From Hydrolagus colliei (lineage: Eukaryota): a stretch of DNA of 64,000 nt. This document shows positions 1 to 12,853 of the stretch, in pieces (the first letter of the stretch is position 1; the number at the start of each line of letters is the position of its first letter). A program made the translations under genes and the position numbers. The notes below the pieces were generated by a model, which saw only the letters and a list, made by a program, of their open reading frames with translations, was not told the DNA's origin and made no database searches. The DNA lies in the NCBI GenBank assembly GCA_035084275.1, contig CM068748.1:3100001-3164000 (forward strand). Reading direction: 5' to 3'.

Positions 1-1366
1 TGTCATTACAACTGGACAAAGTAATCAGAATGAAAAGCAATCACAGACGCATTTCAGCATCAAGCTTCATAATTTCTAAATACTGCAATCGGATGTCAGG
101 AATGGAAATAATAAAATGGCATTTTGTGGTGGTTTGGGGTGTGCATTTGTCTGAGCTCAGTGGAATTAATGACAAATGTTTGTTCAGAATCCTTTAGTGC
201 AAAGTGTGAATAGCAAGCAAGAGCATTTTTCCACTGAAGGACTAATTTTGGTAGAATTGCCAAAACATTGTTAAGTGTGTTTATTCTGAAACTGCTTTGA
301 ACTCTGCAAATGGCTGTCAGCACAAAATAAAGGTGGAGGGCAATTAACCACAGAGTAAAATGTACCTGTGGCTGTGTACAGTGAGCAATAGTTGACTGAC
401 CATTAAGACAAAATCAATGACTCGTATGAAGTGATAAAGCTTTTGTTCTCCTTGTCCGTACACAATTCCATAGCAGAGCGAGCAGGTTAAGTAGCCCTGG
501 CTTGGGTTTCTTTTTAGTTTATGTTGCTAATGCTGCTTTCAATGGATCAGACAAGGAAAAAGAGACCAGATTAGGATGAGACAAATTTCTCATTTGCCCC
601 TCCCACTGAGAATAAAACAGATGAGGTTGGTGTCCAATTGTTTCTCACTGTTTTGATCCCATGTGCAAGAGAGCAAGGCTGTATAACCTGCCAGCCACTA
701 AAATCAATGAGTTTGGACGTGCTTTGTTCTCACTCTCTGTAAAACATATTCCCTCTGCTTCTGTTCTTATGTTTCAATTGAATTTGGCATTTACTGTCAG
801 CCTGTAAAACTAACTTCTGGGGAGTGTGATGTGTTTTGCACGGTTTCAGCTTGTGCAGTGTCTTTTGTGAGAGATGTCAGATGCAATGTACTGGATTGAA
901 GAGCATCTGAGGTGGGGACAGTTTTGTAAGGGTTGCCAAGCGTGATATTAAAATTGGTAGAGATGTCCTGTTAACTGAGGAAAACAACTGATTACTGAGG
1001 AAAGTAATGATTGACTGGCTTGGGAGAATAGATAGCTATATGTATTATTATTATAACAGGGTGTGATCATCTAGGTCAGAAAAACAGCTCATTCTGACTA
1101 TTTACATTTCTGAAGCTCACAGGGAGCAGGGGAGAGAGGGGAGGAAGTAATGTTAAGAAGAATGATGAGTACCAAAGGAAGGAAGCAAAGCATAAGAGCT
1201 ATCAAATAGGATGACTGACTATATGTCCATGATTTCTGGGCACAGTTACTGGGGCCACATTTGCCCTGTATTACGTTCAGCAACAAACTGAGCAAGAATA
1301 AAATTCTAAAACAGATCCAGTCGCCAGAGAAATCCAGCTATTGATCCAACAAGCGCATGGAATTGA

Positions 1367-1450
1367 GGTGAGTTCAATGATATTTACATGTGTTGCCAAA
1401 TTTGGGGTGAGTTCAGTTATATTTAAGTGTACAATTGTTGCCAAATTTGG
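1367..1450. repeat. Imperfect ~40-bp tandem duplication
   Basis: GGTGAGTTCA...TGTTGCCAAATTTGG occurs twice (1367-1405, 1406-1450). Confidence 0.75.
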
Positions 1451-1639
1451 TTTATGAAATGTGGTCAGCCTACACGTGGAAAGTTGGACCTCAGTGACAG
1501 AGAGAGGCAAAAGAGAAAGCACAAGTGACAATAAGGGCATGAGTGATACCTGAGACATAGTGTGAGGGAAGAGATGAGCGTCAAGTGAGGAAAGGGAATG
1601 GGATTTTGTCCAAAGAGTACACCTTTTCCAATATACATC

Positions 1640-1847
1640 CTACAATCCATCCACCTCACCCCCTCCCTAACCTCCTACAGATCCCCTCCTCAAGACTCTC
1701 GTCTTCGACCATGCCGTCGGTCACCCCAATCAACCCTCCACCCTCCTCGATCCTAACCTCACCTTGGGTCCAAATGTCCAGTGCCTTGGGACATCCTTCT
1801 GACGTGATAGGTGCTATACAAATGTAATTTTGTTGTTGTTGTTGTTG
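1640..1847 (+). mobile_element. L2-clade LINE 3' fragment (tail type B)
   Basis: C-rich ORF2 end (ctcaagactctcgtcttcgacc), then tail gtgccttgggacatccttctgacgtgataggtgctatacaaatgtaatt(TTG)n. Confidence 0.8.
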
Positions 1848-2289
1848 GATATCAGTTACGCTATATTATGTAAATGCAATTCTTTTTCCTGTAAGTGGGG
1901 CATTTGACAAGCACTTTGAGCTATCCTGTAGCTGAGCTATCCTTTAGCTAAGATGCTTCGCAAGCAACATCACTGTATGGAAATGATTTGCCATGCTTGA
2001 CAGGAGTACATCCAGTTAAGGATTAATGAGACGCTGTGGCTGGCTTAGCATTTACTGGCTATCAGAAGTGTTTCGTTGTCTTATAAATGCGAAGACATTT
2101 TTAAGTGTGAGAGGCACCTGCAAAGGGAGAATTATTGACATAGAGAGCCAACAGGGGAAATATGAAGGCAAACAAAAGCATGAAAAAATATAGGGATGGC
2201 TGCTACTTGTTCCAAGAATTGAAGCTTTTAAGATTGGACTTGGCCAATCTTTTTGCACACACTTCCACGAAAGAGTTTCTAGGTTCTAT

Positions 2290-2400
2290 TCCCCCTCAAA
2301 ATATACAGTCATTTCACTTCACAGTATATTGTGCGAAGCGCTATGAGACATCTTGAAGACGCGATAAGGCGCTATACCAAATGCAAAAAATATTCTTATC
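2290..2400 (+). mobile_element. Young SINE 3' fragment
   Basis: aaaatatacagtc..cacttcacagtatatt..gaagcgctatgagac..ggcgctataccaaatgcaa, shared with about 30 copies in the window. Confidence 0.8.
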
Positions 2401-2438
2401 ATTCTTATATATTATACTCACACTCCTGAACAACAGAT

Positions 2439-2489
2439 CTGAGGAAGGCATGAGGAAGGAACCTGAGGAAGGAACCTGAGGAAGGAACC
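2439..2489. repeat. Short tandem repeat, 13-bp unit TGAGGAAGGAACC (~4 copies)
   Basis: Seen directly; the first unit is shortened. Confidence 0.85.
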
Positions 2490-3044
2490 CATGCACACAG
2501 AGGGATTGCATCCCTAAGCATCTGGGTTTACGAATGGCAAATAACATTTGATATTGAACAAATGGAAGGTAATGTGCATTTGGACTAAAAATAGCAGAGG
2601 TACAATGAAGAGCATATCATTAAATAAAGTGCAGTAAGAAAAGGATTTGTGTGTGCTTTTTGACCAAGCATTATCACAGAGTATCAAATAGTTGCCATGG
2701 AAGGTAAAATGTTCGATCACAAAAATCCAAGAAGGAATTACTGACAGTCCAGAAAGTATTTTCTAAATTATTTTCCTGTCTCCAGGTTTGTTTGAGGCTG
2801 AATTAGCTCCAAGGTGATGTGCCTTGTAATGGAATACTGGAATTGAGTAGATTCTCTGTGACGTTCATTTTAGTCTGGTTTCTAAGGCAGGCAGTTCTGC
2901 TGTTGTGCATTGATGATGACAGACTTGGAGGGGCAGACCATTTACTGGTGGCAAGAGTTCTTCCCACTTGGAAGAATATGATGGCACTATTTAAAAAGAG
3001 AAGGGAGTTTCCCCTTGTGTCCAAGCCTACAATCTCCCAAATAA

Positions 3045-3200
3045 AATTGGTCACTCACTTCATAGCTGTTTGTGAAATTGGCTGCCACATTTGCCTACAA
3101 AATATACAGTCAGTCGCTTCATGTTACAGTATATCTGTGAAGCACTTTGGGACATCTTCACAACAGGAAAGATTCTGTATCAAATGTAGGATTATTATTC
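3045..3200 (+). mobile_element. Young SINE 3' fragment
   Basis: aattggctgccacatttgcctacaaaatatacagtc...tcaaatgtaggattattatt. Confidence 0.8.
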
Positions 3201-3539
3201 GTAGTTTAATAAACTATTATTTAGAAATAAATGTAAGAAATTGCTGCTACAGAATTCCACATTTACTGCAGGAAATCATTGTACAGGAACATCCTGAATA
3301 TAGTTGTACACTAATGGGTAGAATGGGACTGTTTTTAGAGGGAAGTAGGTGTGACATTATCAAACAAATGGAACCAGATATTGCAATTCTTTGTGTACAA
3401 TTACGTCATTTGGTGAACTGTGATTGCAAGTTGTTTGCTTAAGGTTGGGAAGACAATAACACATGATTATTTTAAAGAATGTTGTACGTATTATGTGCGA
3501 GGGAAGGAAATCAGATTGCATTACGAGAAATGGACCCCA

Positions 3540-3610
3540 GTTTTTCAGCGCCTTGGGACGTCCTCCTGACGTGAAGGGCGCTGTACAAGTGTAATTTTTT
3601 TTGTTATTGT
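3540..3610 (+). mobile_element. Isolated L2 tail (type B)
   Basis: agcgccttgggacgtcctcctgacgtgaagggcgctgtacaagtgtaatt followed by a degenerate (TTG)n. Confidence 0.8.
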
Positions 3611-4058
3611 GGTTTCCCCAGTGCAAAAATTCTAAAGGAATTGAAAGTGAGAACCAGAAGGAATAGACGCTGAACTATACTGACTGTTATTTTTAGTTTG
3701 TGCGTCCTTGTGTTGACATATAAGGTGTTCCTACTTGTGTTGGGTGGATTAGACTTGCTGCACATTCTGCTTCCTCTGACTCTTATGGGAGGCATGTATC
3801 ACATGTATTAGTGCAACATGTGAGAGATATGTGTATGGTTAAGGAGAAGCATAGTGACAGTATGCTGGAAAATTTGGAGGAAGCTGGAGTGCCCAAGGTA
3901 TGTTTTACCATTGCAAGAGGTCAGACTTGATCTGGTATCTAGAGTAAACAATGGCTCAGTCTCCAACAGATAAGGAAACCATGGCTGCCCGCAACACTAC
4001 TGCCAACCATGTTTTCCAATTTGTGGCATGATGACCTGTCAGTCAATCCCTACACCCA

Positions 4059-4500
4059 ATGATAACAACAACAAAAACAACAATAACATTGATGCAGTGC
4101 CTTTCACATCAGGAGGATGTCCCAGGCGCTAGGTAGTGAAGGGTTTGCACCCGAGCTTGAAGTTGGAATCAAGAGTAGTGGAAGGGAAAGGGGTTTAGGA
4201 AGATAATAATAATCCTTGCATTTGATATCGCACCTCATCACGTATCCGAGACATCTCAAAGCACTTCACAGGATGTACTGTAATGTGCGGTGACTGTGTA
4301 TTTTATGGGTGAAATGCGGCAGCCAGACTGACCGAAGGCATGATACCGAATTTGCTCCCAAAACATCTGTGATTGGAAAATGAAATCATAATATACACTT
4401 ATAATAATCCTTGCATTTTGATATAGCGCTTTTCACATCTTATCAACGTCTCAAAGCACTTCACATACTGTAAAGTGAATTGACTGAATATCCGTGGACA
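4059..4500 (-). mobile_element. Cluster: L2 tail (4059-4200) plus two young SINE 3' fragments (4203-4326, 4400-4500)
   Basis: (CAA)n and (TAA)n-ccttgcatttgatat starts; reverse complements of the tail consensus. Confidence 0.8.
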
Positions 4501-5213
4501 ACAATTGCACCTGAGCAAAGTACTACACTGTTATCGTTTCTACGGTGGTGCAGGCGTGCTGGATCCCATCTTGCAGTAAAGTGAGATAAATCCTCAGTTT
4601 AAGCAAGCCTCACTTAAATCTGTAATGAATGGTTGCATTTTTCATGCCGCAGGAGCAGAGCAGAGCTTTTTTTAAAATTACAAATTCGACCTTTTAATAC
4701 AGATTCAATGTATTATTATCGCATTATGAAACGCAGAATGCTTCGCCTGCCTTTGCGGTAGGTACCTGAACATCTGACGTGTGATTGGGCATGAGTCATT
4801 GTATTTTGATTAATAATAATATAAGAAAGGATCAATACTGTTTTTATAGTGGCTTATCATATCTTTGAACGTCTCAAAGTGCTTTGCAAGATTGACAATT
4901 GTCAGTTCAGAAATTGATTATCTGTGAGTAAGACCGTACAGCATAAACTAATTTCAGTCGGCAGGGATGGGATTTTTAGATGCAAAAATAAGTTTCAATT
5001 CAACCCAATGTTGTTGTTTGATCTTTTTATTTTCCACTGGTTGCATCAGAAGGCCACAAATAGCTGCTTTTTAAATTGAGCTGCACCCATTTCCTAAAAA
5101 TGGACAGTGCGAACCTGCGGAAGGAAGGTAAGACATAGAGTTTTTAAGTCAAATCTAGCGAAATATGAAGTTAAAATGAAAAAGGAGGGCAGAGAGACAA
5201 TCGGGAAGAAGAG

Positions 5214-5258
5214 AACATAGCAGTTCCGAGAAAAACATAGCAGTTCCGAGAAAAACAT
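5214..5258. repeat. Perfect 20-bp tandem duplication
   Basis: AACATAGCAGTTCCGAGAAA x2 plus a partial third copy. Confidence 0.9.
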
Positions 5259-5279
5259 CAATGTAAAAACATAGGGGCA

Positions 5280-5545
5280 AGACAACAAAAACAACCGAAT
5301 TACATTTATAGAGCGCCTTTCATGTCGGGAGGACGGCCCAAGGAGCTGAACAGTCAGGGGTCGGGACCTGAGTAAGGGGACGGACAGGGACTGGGGGAGG
5401 GGAGGGAGAGAGGTGGGAGGGCGGCAGAAGGCACGATCGAAAAGGAGGGTCTTGAGATCGGCCTTGAATGAGGCAAGGGAGAAAGCGAGGCAGAGAGACT
5501 GTGGGATGGAGTTCCAGAGTGTGGGGGAAGAGAAGGAGAGTGGGA
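5280..5545 (-). mobile_element. L2-clade LINE 3' fragment (tail type B)
   Basis: Minus ORF reads PTLWNSIPQSLCLAFSLASFKADLKTLLF, the typical L2 ORF2 C-terminus (WNSLP...FK..LKT.LF), followed by the tail. Confidence 0.9.
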
Positions 5546-5715
5546 CTGAAAGGATAGGTAGGTACATGCTTCTGCGAAATTATCAAAAAACACCTTATCC
5601 TTTCATTTGTGCGTGACATTATCCCCACGATGAAGTATTTTTTTTGGCTTTTCTACACTTTTCTCTCCCTAGAACCCCACCCCCACTCCCCAATATGCTA
5701 AACACTTATTTTTTA

Positions 5716-5960
5716 AATAATAATAATAATAATCCTTGCATTTGATATAGCGCTTTTCACATCTTATCGACGCCTCAAAGTGCTTCACAGAGTATACTGT
5801 AAAGTGAATTGACTGTATAATTGTGGGCAAAACATGGCAGCCAATTGCCCACAGCAGTGTCCCCACAAACAGGTATGGATTGAAAATGACCAATTTTTAT
5901 TATTGTGTTTATTATTAGGTGTGTGGAGTAAGGAAACTTGCCCAAGGTTTCGCCTTGATC
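5716..5960 (-). mobile_element. Young SINE, long 5'-truncated copy
   Basis: Contains gaaaccttgggcaagtttccttactccacacacc, the body and the (TTA)n tail on the minus strand. Confidence 0.9.
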
Positions 5961-6607
5961 TGCCTGAATGAAGACATTCCCCTTTAAAGAACAAAGGGGT
6001 AATGGTGTCACCCTCATTACCAATAATATTTGCGGGAATAATTTACCCCTCACACTGTTACCGGACGTTCGTTTCAGTGGCTTGTCAATAATCCATTTGC
6101 TGGCTGCTGAATAAATATGATGCTGCCATTGGCAGAGAAGCTGCTATCCTCACCTTTCAATGGGTGGAAACAGCTTGCTAATAATGGAATTCTGACAAAT
6201 GTATTTCTTTCACATTTGCCAGACAAGTCATCCCCCTACCCAATTCATATTAAGGCATTAAATCATGCATTCGTGAAGCAGAAGTGAATGTAGTCCCCTC
6301 CTTGCAAAATTACAGGGCGAATTTGAGATGTCTAGCTGAACCACTTGTGAAGCCAGTGGAATGCACTCCCTCCTCCTTCTGTTAGCAGCCTTGCTCTGTT
6401 AGATACAAACAAAAACCACAATGATTACTGACCTTTCAGTGTATTTGCAATTATAAGTGGAGTGGCCCCTTAACTACTACATAATTCATTCCGTAGAGAT
6501 ACAGTATAAGTAATTTTCAACCATGTGGAATATTTTTTTGCTTGAAATCATTAAGTAAGAATTGTTTACTGGTGCAGAGGTAGGCTGGGATACTTTAGAT
6601 AAAGTTA

Positions 6608-6845
6608 CATAGATACAACATAGAAACAGGCCATTCAACCCAACTAATCTGTACTCCGCAACAGCTCCCTTTATCCACCTATATCCTCGCCAATACCTCT
6701 CTCTTCCATTCTCCCTGGTGTTTGCATCAGTTATCTTTTAAATACATTGATGCTGTTTGCTTCCATCACCAGTTCGAGCAGTGAGTTAGACGTTCTCAGC
6801 ACCAACAGTGTGAAAAGGTTCGCACTAAACTTCCTATTTGATCTA
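6608..6845 (-). mobile_element. CR1-clade LINE 3' end
   Basis: Minus ORF ..ANLFTLLVLRTSNSLLELVMEANSINVFKR resembles the CR1 ORF2 end (FFTQRVV..WNSLP..VVEA.SI..FK); tail gttgaatggcctgtttctatgttgtat. Confidence 0.8.
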
Positions 6846-7311
6846 TTATTAAAAAATCTAGTACGATTCTTATGGAAGTTGGGAAAAATCATAAGGAAAT
6901 AACAGATGACTAAAAGAAAAGTGGCAGTGACCTTTATCAAGCCTTAGAAGATCAAAATTCAAAGAGGCTTCTCGTGGAAACGTCTTGAAATTCCCACAAG
7001 TGTTTTAATGCAAGAACAGTCCAACCCAGCGGACTGGATATATTTGAACAGGAACTGGATATATTGACCTACGACCTGAGTTATTTCCAAGATCCAGTCA
7101 GTCCTTTTAGCTTTACTACTAACCCATATTTAATTAAGTGCAATTGATTAATATTCCTCCTAGGGATGCTATTTGCTTTGCATTCTAAATCAATCTGTAA
7201 GCTTCAATGCAACATCAAGTGAAAAAATACCTGCATGGAAACAATATTGTGTCTTCAAGTTGATTTGATCAGGTTTCATGATCATCAACAAGTTTCAAAC
7301 TAAACAAATTG

Positions 7312-7430
7312 ATAACAATAACAATCCATGGATTTTACATCGCGCCTCATCATAACTTAGTCAAGATGTCTCTAAAAGTGCTTCACAGGATTTTACTGTA
7401 AAGTGTAGTGACTGTGTATTTGTAGGGGAG
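7312..7430 (-). mobile_element. SINE/L2-type 3' tail fragment
   Basis: Reverse complement of acagtcactacactttacag..ctgtgaagcac..gaggcgcgatgtaaaatcc. Confidence 0.7.
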
Positions 7431-7963
7431 TCAATGCCAATCTTTCTAGAAGTATTTTGTATGGGGTACTAAAGTGTGAAATACACATTTTGCTGGAATT
7501 CCATCTCGGATTTGGAATTATCATTTTTCTCTTCACTGTCAGCCAAATCACTTCTCGTTTCATATGTTAATTCAAGGGCCTTTTCACTAATCATTCTTCT
7601 TGTCCAACAACCAATGTTCCAACAAACATCTGTAACACTATTTACTCGAACATCTCTAATCTTAGTGCTGCAAGGTTTAAAGTCTAAATCTCATGTCAGT
7701 AGAACACTGTTGACCACACAAAACACTTGAGGGTCCTGTTTACTAATAGCAATTCAATGGTATGGTTATACAGAAACTACTCCACATTGTTAAATGTTTC
7801 TTTGACTTGTACATAAAATGGTATTTAATATAATGCTGTAAACATGCGGGACTTGTGAATAATGGTCATCACACTGAATGTTATGTCAATATTCTGGATT
7901 CTAGATTTTGTTTAAATTCAGGTTGTTAATAAACAATTTATTTCTTGTTTTATGTCTAAGCAC

Positions 7964-8540
7964 GTCAATTTGGCTCAATTCTTAGCACTGCTACTTCTGT
8001 GTCAGGATATTTTGTGGGGGCTGAGCCTGATATCTGACACAGGTGGAAACCCATTGTCATGCTCAAGCATATCAAAACCAGAATGAGATTTCCACAGACC
8101 TAACACCTAACATAGGTGCCTGGAAATGCAATGCCAACTCTTACCCAGGAGGGATACACCCTACTTACCTAATTCCCAAAGATGATGTCCTGGATCAGAA
8201 AATAATGACTTGAATGTATTATCCAGAGTAGACTAACACTCCAGCGCTGTGTCAGGGAGGCAGTCAAATGTCAGAGGTACTGTCCATAAGATGAGATATT
8301 AAACTGAGGTCCAGTTGACCTTTTCAGAAAGGCATTAGATATCCTGAGACACCATTCAAAGGGAGAAGGCATGTTCCCTCCAAGTGCCTTGGTCAATAGT
8401 CCTTCACTTTATAGCAATTATGGAATATTGTCAGTGGTAAATGGCTGCCTTATTTGACAATAGAATCAGTCACTGCACTTGAAGCAGTTACTCGTGGACC
8501 ATTTTGATGATAAGGCAATGTAAAAGTTCAACTTCTTTTT
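7964..8540 (+). mobile_element. Ancient, near-complete Deu-domain SINE (interrupted at ~8030-8200)
   Basis: Degenerate tRNA head (tggctcaattcttagcactgctacttctgtgtcagga), gactaacactccag, Deu core gatgagatattaaactgaggtcc, 3' part aaatggctgcc..cagtcactgcactt; matches my recollection of the SacSINE1/AmnSINE1 layout. Confidence 0.65.
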
Positions 8541-9339
8541 ATTGTGCACTTATTGGCAATTCTGAAATAATTGATACATTAATAGATTTTACTATTGTTT
8601 CTAGCGTGTATTTTTTCCCTGAATATTATTTACACAACATTGTCCTCGGGTTGATTTTGAATGGAAGAGATTATTACAATTATATCTGAGAGCTCCATAA
8701 ACATTTCATTGCTGCAATAGTTATTTACTCAATAAGCACCAGCTGAGATTCTAGCTGCGCTGTGTTCCACTCTTGTACTCTAACCTATTTTGCCAAAGGA
8801 TTTGGACCTTTTCTTTTGGGCCAAATTGTTTGACATAAAGGAGGTGCCAATGCGAAAATCTCAGGAGTCCTCAGGTGTCTTTGAAGTACCCAGGTGAAGA
8901 AACTCAATAAATGGCGGTAATATTGTTGACAAATGAATTGCCTAGTTTTCTAATTTCATATGAATCCTTTAGGGACATTTTTCAATCTTCCAAAAAAAAG
9001 GCACATGTTTTGAATCATGGAACATGTGTAAAAACAATTATCTAAAACTTTCCACAGTTTAACTCCATTCAATCCAGTAAAGTATGAAGTTTAATAGTCA
9101 ACATTTTTCACCACACTTACATGGGTGTTTGCACTGTTAAATGTTCGATTAAAAGTATGTAATGACATTATAATATATATTAGATTTACATTTCAGTGTA
9201 TAGTTTCACAGCCCACGGCTTATCACTATTTAGTAATACAAATGTAAATTTGTCAATTTATTGGTTAACAAGCATAAATATTGAAATATTCAACAACTAT
9301 CCTAAGTGTGTCATTTAATCCCAATTATTTTCCCTTATC

Positions 9340-9735
9340 CTTCTCAAGGTGGTGATTTATGCTGCAGTACATTTCAACAGCTGCTGGTAACCCTCTGGCA
9401 GTTTGCCCAATTGGACATTTGGTATGAACCTGGACAGTCAATGTTGGCAGGTGATTTGACTAAGGGATGAGCATCACAGCCAAGCCTACCTCTGTCCTCA
9501 CCACACATCAACACATGCTCAGTTGAGAAGTCACTGCACAGTGATTACCAACATCAAAACCTTTATGTCTTGCCCTTCTGTAGACTGAAGGCACTAAGGA
9601 CAATGGTCGCAATCCCATTGAAACTCGAACTGTGTGAGATTAGCTAGCTCAGGAAAGACTGAGGTTTGAACCTGGGACCTTTCTAGACAGGCTCAGCACT
9701 TTCTACATCTGTATTACTCCAGGAGCCATCAGAAA
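9340..9735 (-). mobile_element. Ancient tRNA-derived SINE, family B (unnamed)
   Basis: B-box-like head read on minus (plus strand: gagattagctagctcag..gtttgaacctgggacct); body gcatcacagccaagcct..tgtcctcacc shared with copies at 21.4k, 32.6k and 38.7k. Confidence 0.65.
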
Positions 9736-9763
9736 CAATGATTCTTGAAACAGTATTAATAAT

Positions 9764-9826
9764 AAGCACTCTGAGATGTCACCCGGTGTAGAGGACACTA
9801 TATAAATCCAAGCTGTTGTTCTTGTT
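9764..9826 (+). mobile_element. Isolated L2 tail (type A)
   Basis: aagcactctgagatgtcacccggtgtagaggacactatataaatccaagctgttgtt. Confidence 0.7.
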
Positions 9827-9964
9827 GAATAGATCTGTGTACATTATGGCTACACTCCAAATGTGTATTGCTAATCGAGATGTATGAATTGTAGTTTACT
9901 GGTTAGATGCCAAATAGGAATACACTGCACAGTATTTTAATGCAAGAACTACTTGTTTTGGTAG

Positions 9965-10085
9965 TCGAGGTATTAAAGAATGTGGATCATGGGATTGAAA
10001 GATTTGCCAAGATCTGCTAAATTAGTGGAACAAGCTTGATTGGCTGCATGGATTCCTCAATGGGTTCCTGTTTCCATATGTTCCT
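9965..10085 (+). mobile_element. Degraded CR1 3' tail
   Basis: gccaagatct..gtggaacaagcttgattggctgcatgg..ttcctgtttccatatgttcct resembles CR1 3' UTR ends. Confidence 0.5.
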
Positions 10086-10734
10086 AAGAATTACAGTGGA
10101 CATAATGCAGTGTGAAGATCACTGCACAATAACACCCTGCACAGACAAAATGGGTTTCACTTGTATAAATCATCAGCATCCTTCTTTTTAACGGCCCCCA
10201 ACCCCCCATCCTGTGCCCCCCATTAGACTAACATTCCCCACATTGCTGACACTCCTTGTATAACAATTATTTAACTGACAATGAGATCATTCAAACTTGA
10301 CCAGCATCTCATTGAGACATCACTACAGAGGTCAAAGAGTCACTGCATATTAGGTCATTGAGGGTTTACCAGACAGGATGGTTATTGTCTAAAGACATGG
10401 AGAGAAGTTGTTTGAGAGCATCCTACATTCCTGATACAGTTATTTGACTGACCATGAAATCACAGTCTCATTATTGCAATGTGTTCCTGGGGTGTATGGA
10501 GGCTTGAGGGGATAAGGATATTGTCCTGAGCCTCCTCCTATATCCAGCTGGGGTGTTCCACTCTTTCCCTTCCACACAGGTTTCAGATGTACTGAGTCAG
10601 GCTCGTAAGCACAGGAGGAGAAGTCTTCTAGGAAGAGAAGGCTATTGGAATTGGATGCTAGGAAGAGGGAAGCCATAAAAAGCTTACTGTCGGTAGATAC
10701 ATTAATAGGGATGTATACATGGACATATCCATGT

Positions 10735-10921
10735 ATGCTCAATCTCAATCCACGACACAGTGTTTGTAGGATACTGCTGTGTGCAATTGGCTGCCTTGTT
10801 TTGCCCACAAAATACAGTCAATCCACTTTATAGTATATTCTGTGAAGCGCTCTGAGGCGTCTCAAGGATGTGATAAGGGGCTATATCAAATGCAACGATT
10901 ATTATTATCATTTATTATTAT
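10735..10921 (+). mobile_element. Young SINE 3' half
   Basis: caatccacgac..gatactgctgtgtgcaattggctgcc..gtgaagcgctctgagg..tatcaaatgcaa (TTA)n. Confidence 0.9.
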
Positions 10922-12384
10922 TTACATCTTTACTCTAAAACAAGAATACAAGAATATCTGTATGTTTCTGCAGAGAGCACAGAACTGTTGTCTTGTATAT
11001 TTTCTTACTTCTCTTTCTCTTGAACGCAAATAATTTTCCCAACTGCTGTGGGGTTCCCCAGCAGTGATATTGTGGTTTTGTGCCGTTCTAAGGAGCTGTA
11101 ATTAGATACTGTTTATTTCCCTCTCAAATAAACGTAATTTTGAACGTCTAACAAAAGCGCCAGACTAGAGTGGATATTTTATTCCCTTTGCATGATTCAA
11201 ATGCTGCAACCAAATCCCTAACTTCTCACAGGAATTCGCATGTTACCTTTTTTTAACTGCTAGTCCTACATTTCTGGATGGATCCCAGAACAAATGAAAA
11301 TAATTGCCTAGCTCTGGGAACTATCTCAAAGCATTTTATTTCTGAGTAAATTTAGATTAAATTGTAGCTGAATTCAAAGTGACTACTTATTTTAAATGCC
11401 ATTGCGCATTGATAAATCTGCTCCACCAGTCATGATATCCATTTTGTCGCAATAACTGTGGACTACAGATTCTCCATGGGCAACCTAAAGTAGTTATGGT
11501 GCAATTTCATTTTACGACATTAAAGAAAATAAGACAAGGTTCCATTGCAAATTGCCTTTAAAAAAATGTTTTGTAGCTATTTAATTGTACATTTCAGAGC
11601 AGATTTCAGTTTGTAACCAGTCTTTTAGCAACAAGAATTATAAGGTGATGCAACTCGCAATGTACTTTCTGTACCTTTAACCAGATTACAGAGACCAACG
11701 GATCTCTGACCTTAACTCTGTTTTTTTTTTTCTGATTTAGCACGCATAAATCTACCATGGTAACTTCTGCCATGACACTCTTCCTCTCTTGTTTGCCGAC
11801 TGCAGTGATTCTGGCATATGCAGCAACATGATTATTAAATTAATAATTGATTATACTGACTGTCAAGTGAATTTATTATAGTACATATCTTTGAGGAAAC
11901 CTAGGGATTAAGTATTTTACATAATGAACCCTGTGAAAGTACATCATTTATATCATTAATAAAAGACAAACACATGTGGGATTTAAGCACACCAAAATGT
12001 GACTTCCTCCACTAATTCTATTATTAATTACACCTCACAGTTATTTATTGTCTTCCTTGCCAATTTTCTGCCTCCCGAAGGTGTTCAACTCGTTTTTATT
12101 TTTGCCCCTTCCAATAAGGTAGGGCTCCAACAGCACGAGGCATCTTCTGGACTGGGAGAAACATGGCACTTAATTGAACAGGGAGCTTAGGAACTGGCAG
12201 GAAGCAAATGATGCCAATAGCAGCAGCCCTCGTTCCATCATCTAATCTTCCTGATCTGCATGGCTCAATAACTCCTAGAGCTATTGGCGGGGAGCTATCT
12301 TATAGGTAAGAAAACATTCATGATGGTTCGCTTTCCTCTTGGTGCAATAGGGATAAGAATGCAGATAAGATCAGTCGCTCCTTA

Positions 12385-12525
12385 CACTTTTGATGGCTGT
12401 TTTTGGGGCTGCTGTTGTGCGCAAATTGGCTGAAGTATTCACCTAGAAATACATAGGACATCACTTTCTATACAGCACTTTGAGAGGTTTTAACGATAGG
12501 ATAATGTGCTATATGAAATGCAAGC
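12385..12525 (+). mobile_element. Older SINE 3' fragment
   Basis: tgtgcgcaaattggctg..agcactttgagag..gtgctatatgaaatgcaag. Confidence 0.6.
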
Positions 12526-12853
12526 AGTGTCTAAGCAATGTAAATTTAGGGTGGGAATCATTTAAATTATTTGCAATTAGATCAATCCTCTGAAGTCCAG
12601 TTGATAAGGATGCCCTTAGCCTCTTACTTTAAATGTGGTTTTATTTCGCAATATCACTCCTTGAGATCTTTTCAACTCGGTTTCATTTTGAGGAAAGTGG
12701 AGTCTTTGCTATGATTGTATTCCTCCCATCTTCCCTCTTATTATGAAGTCAAGTGCTATTTTTCTAGTAACCTTCACTTAAATATAGCTTTTAAAAAATA
12801 TCCTCTTCATATATTTGAAAATGCAATATAATCAATGGATGAACTTGATTTTA

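Noticed and set aside
1080-1560. Possible very old LINE RT relic on the minus strand (WINSWIS, VIQGKCGP)
   Set aside because: Similarity too weak to support without a profile search
2439-2489. Short direct repeats and recurring ~35-bp hairpin tails as a possible CRISPR-like array
   Set aside because: No regular unique spacers; eukaryotic context; explained by a minisatellite and dispersed retro-tails
2819-3442. Longest ORF (207 aa)
   Set aside because: Runs through a SINE fragment (3045-3200), has no recognisable domain and no splice context
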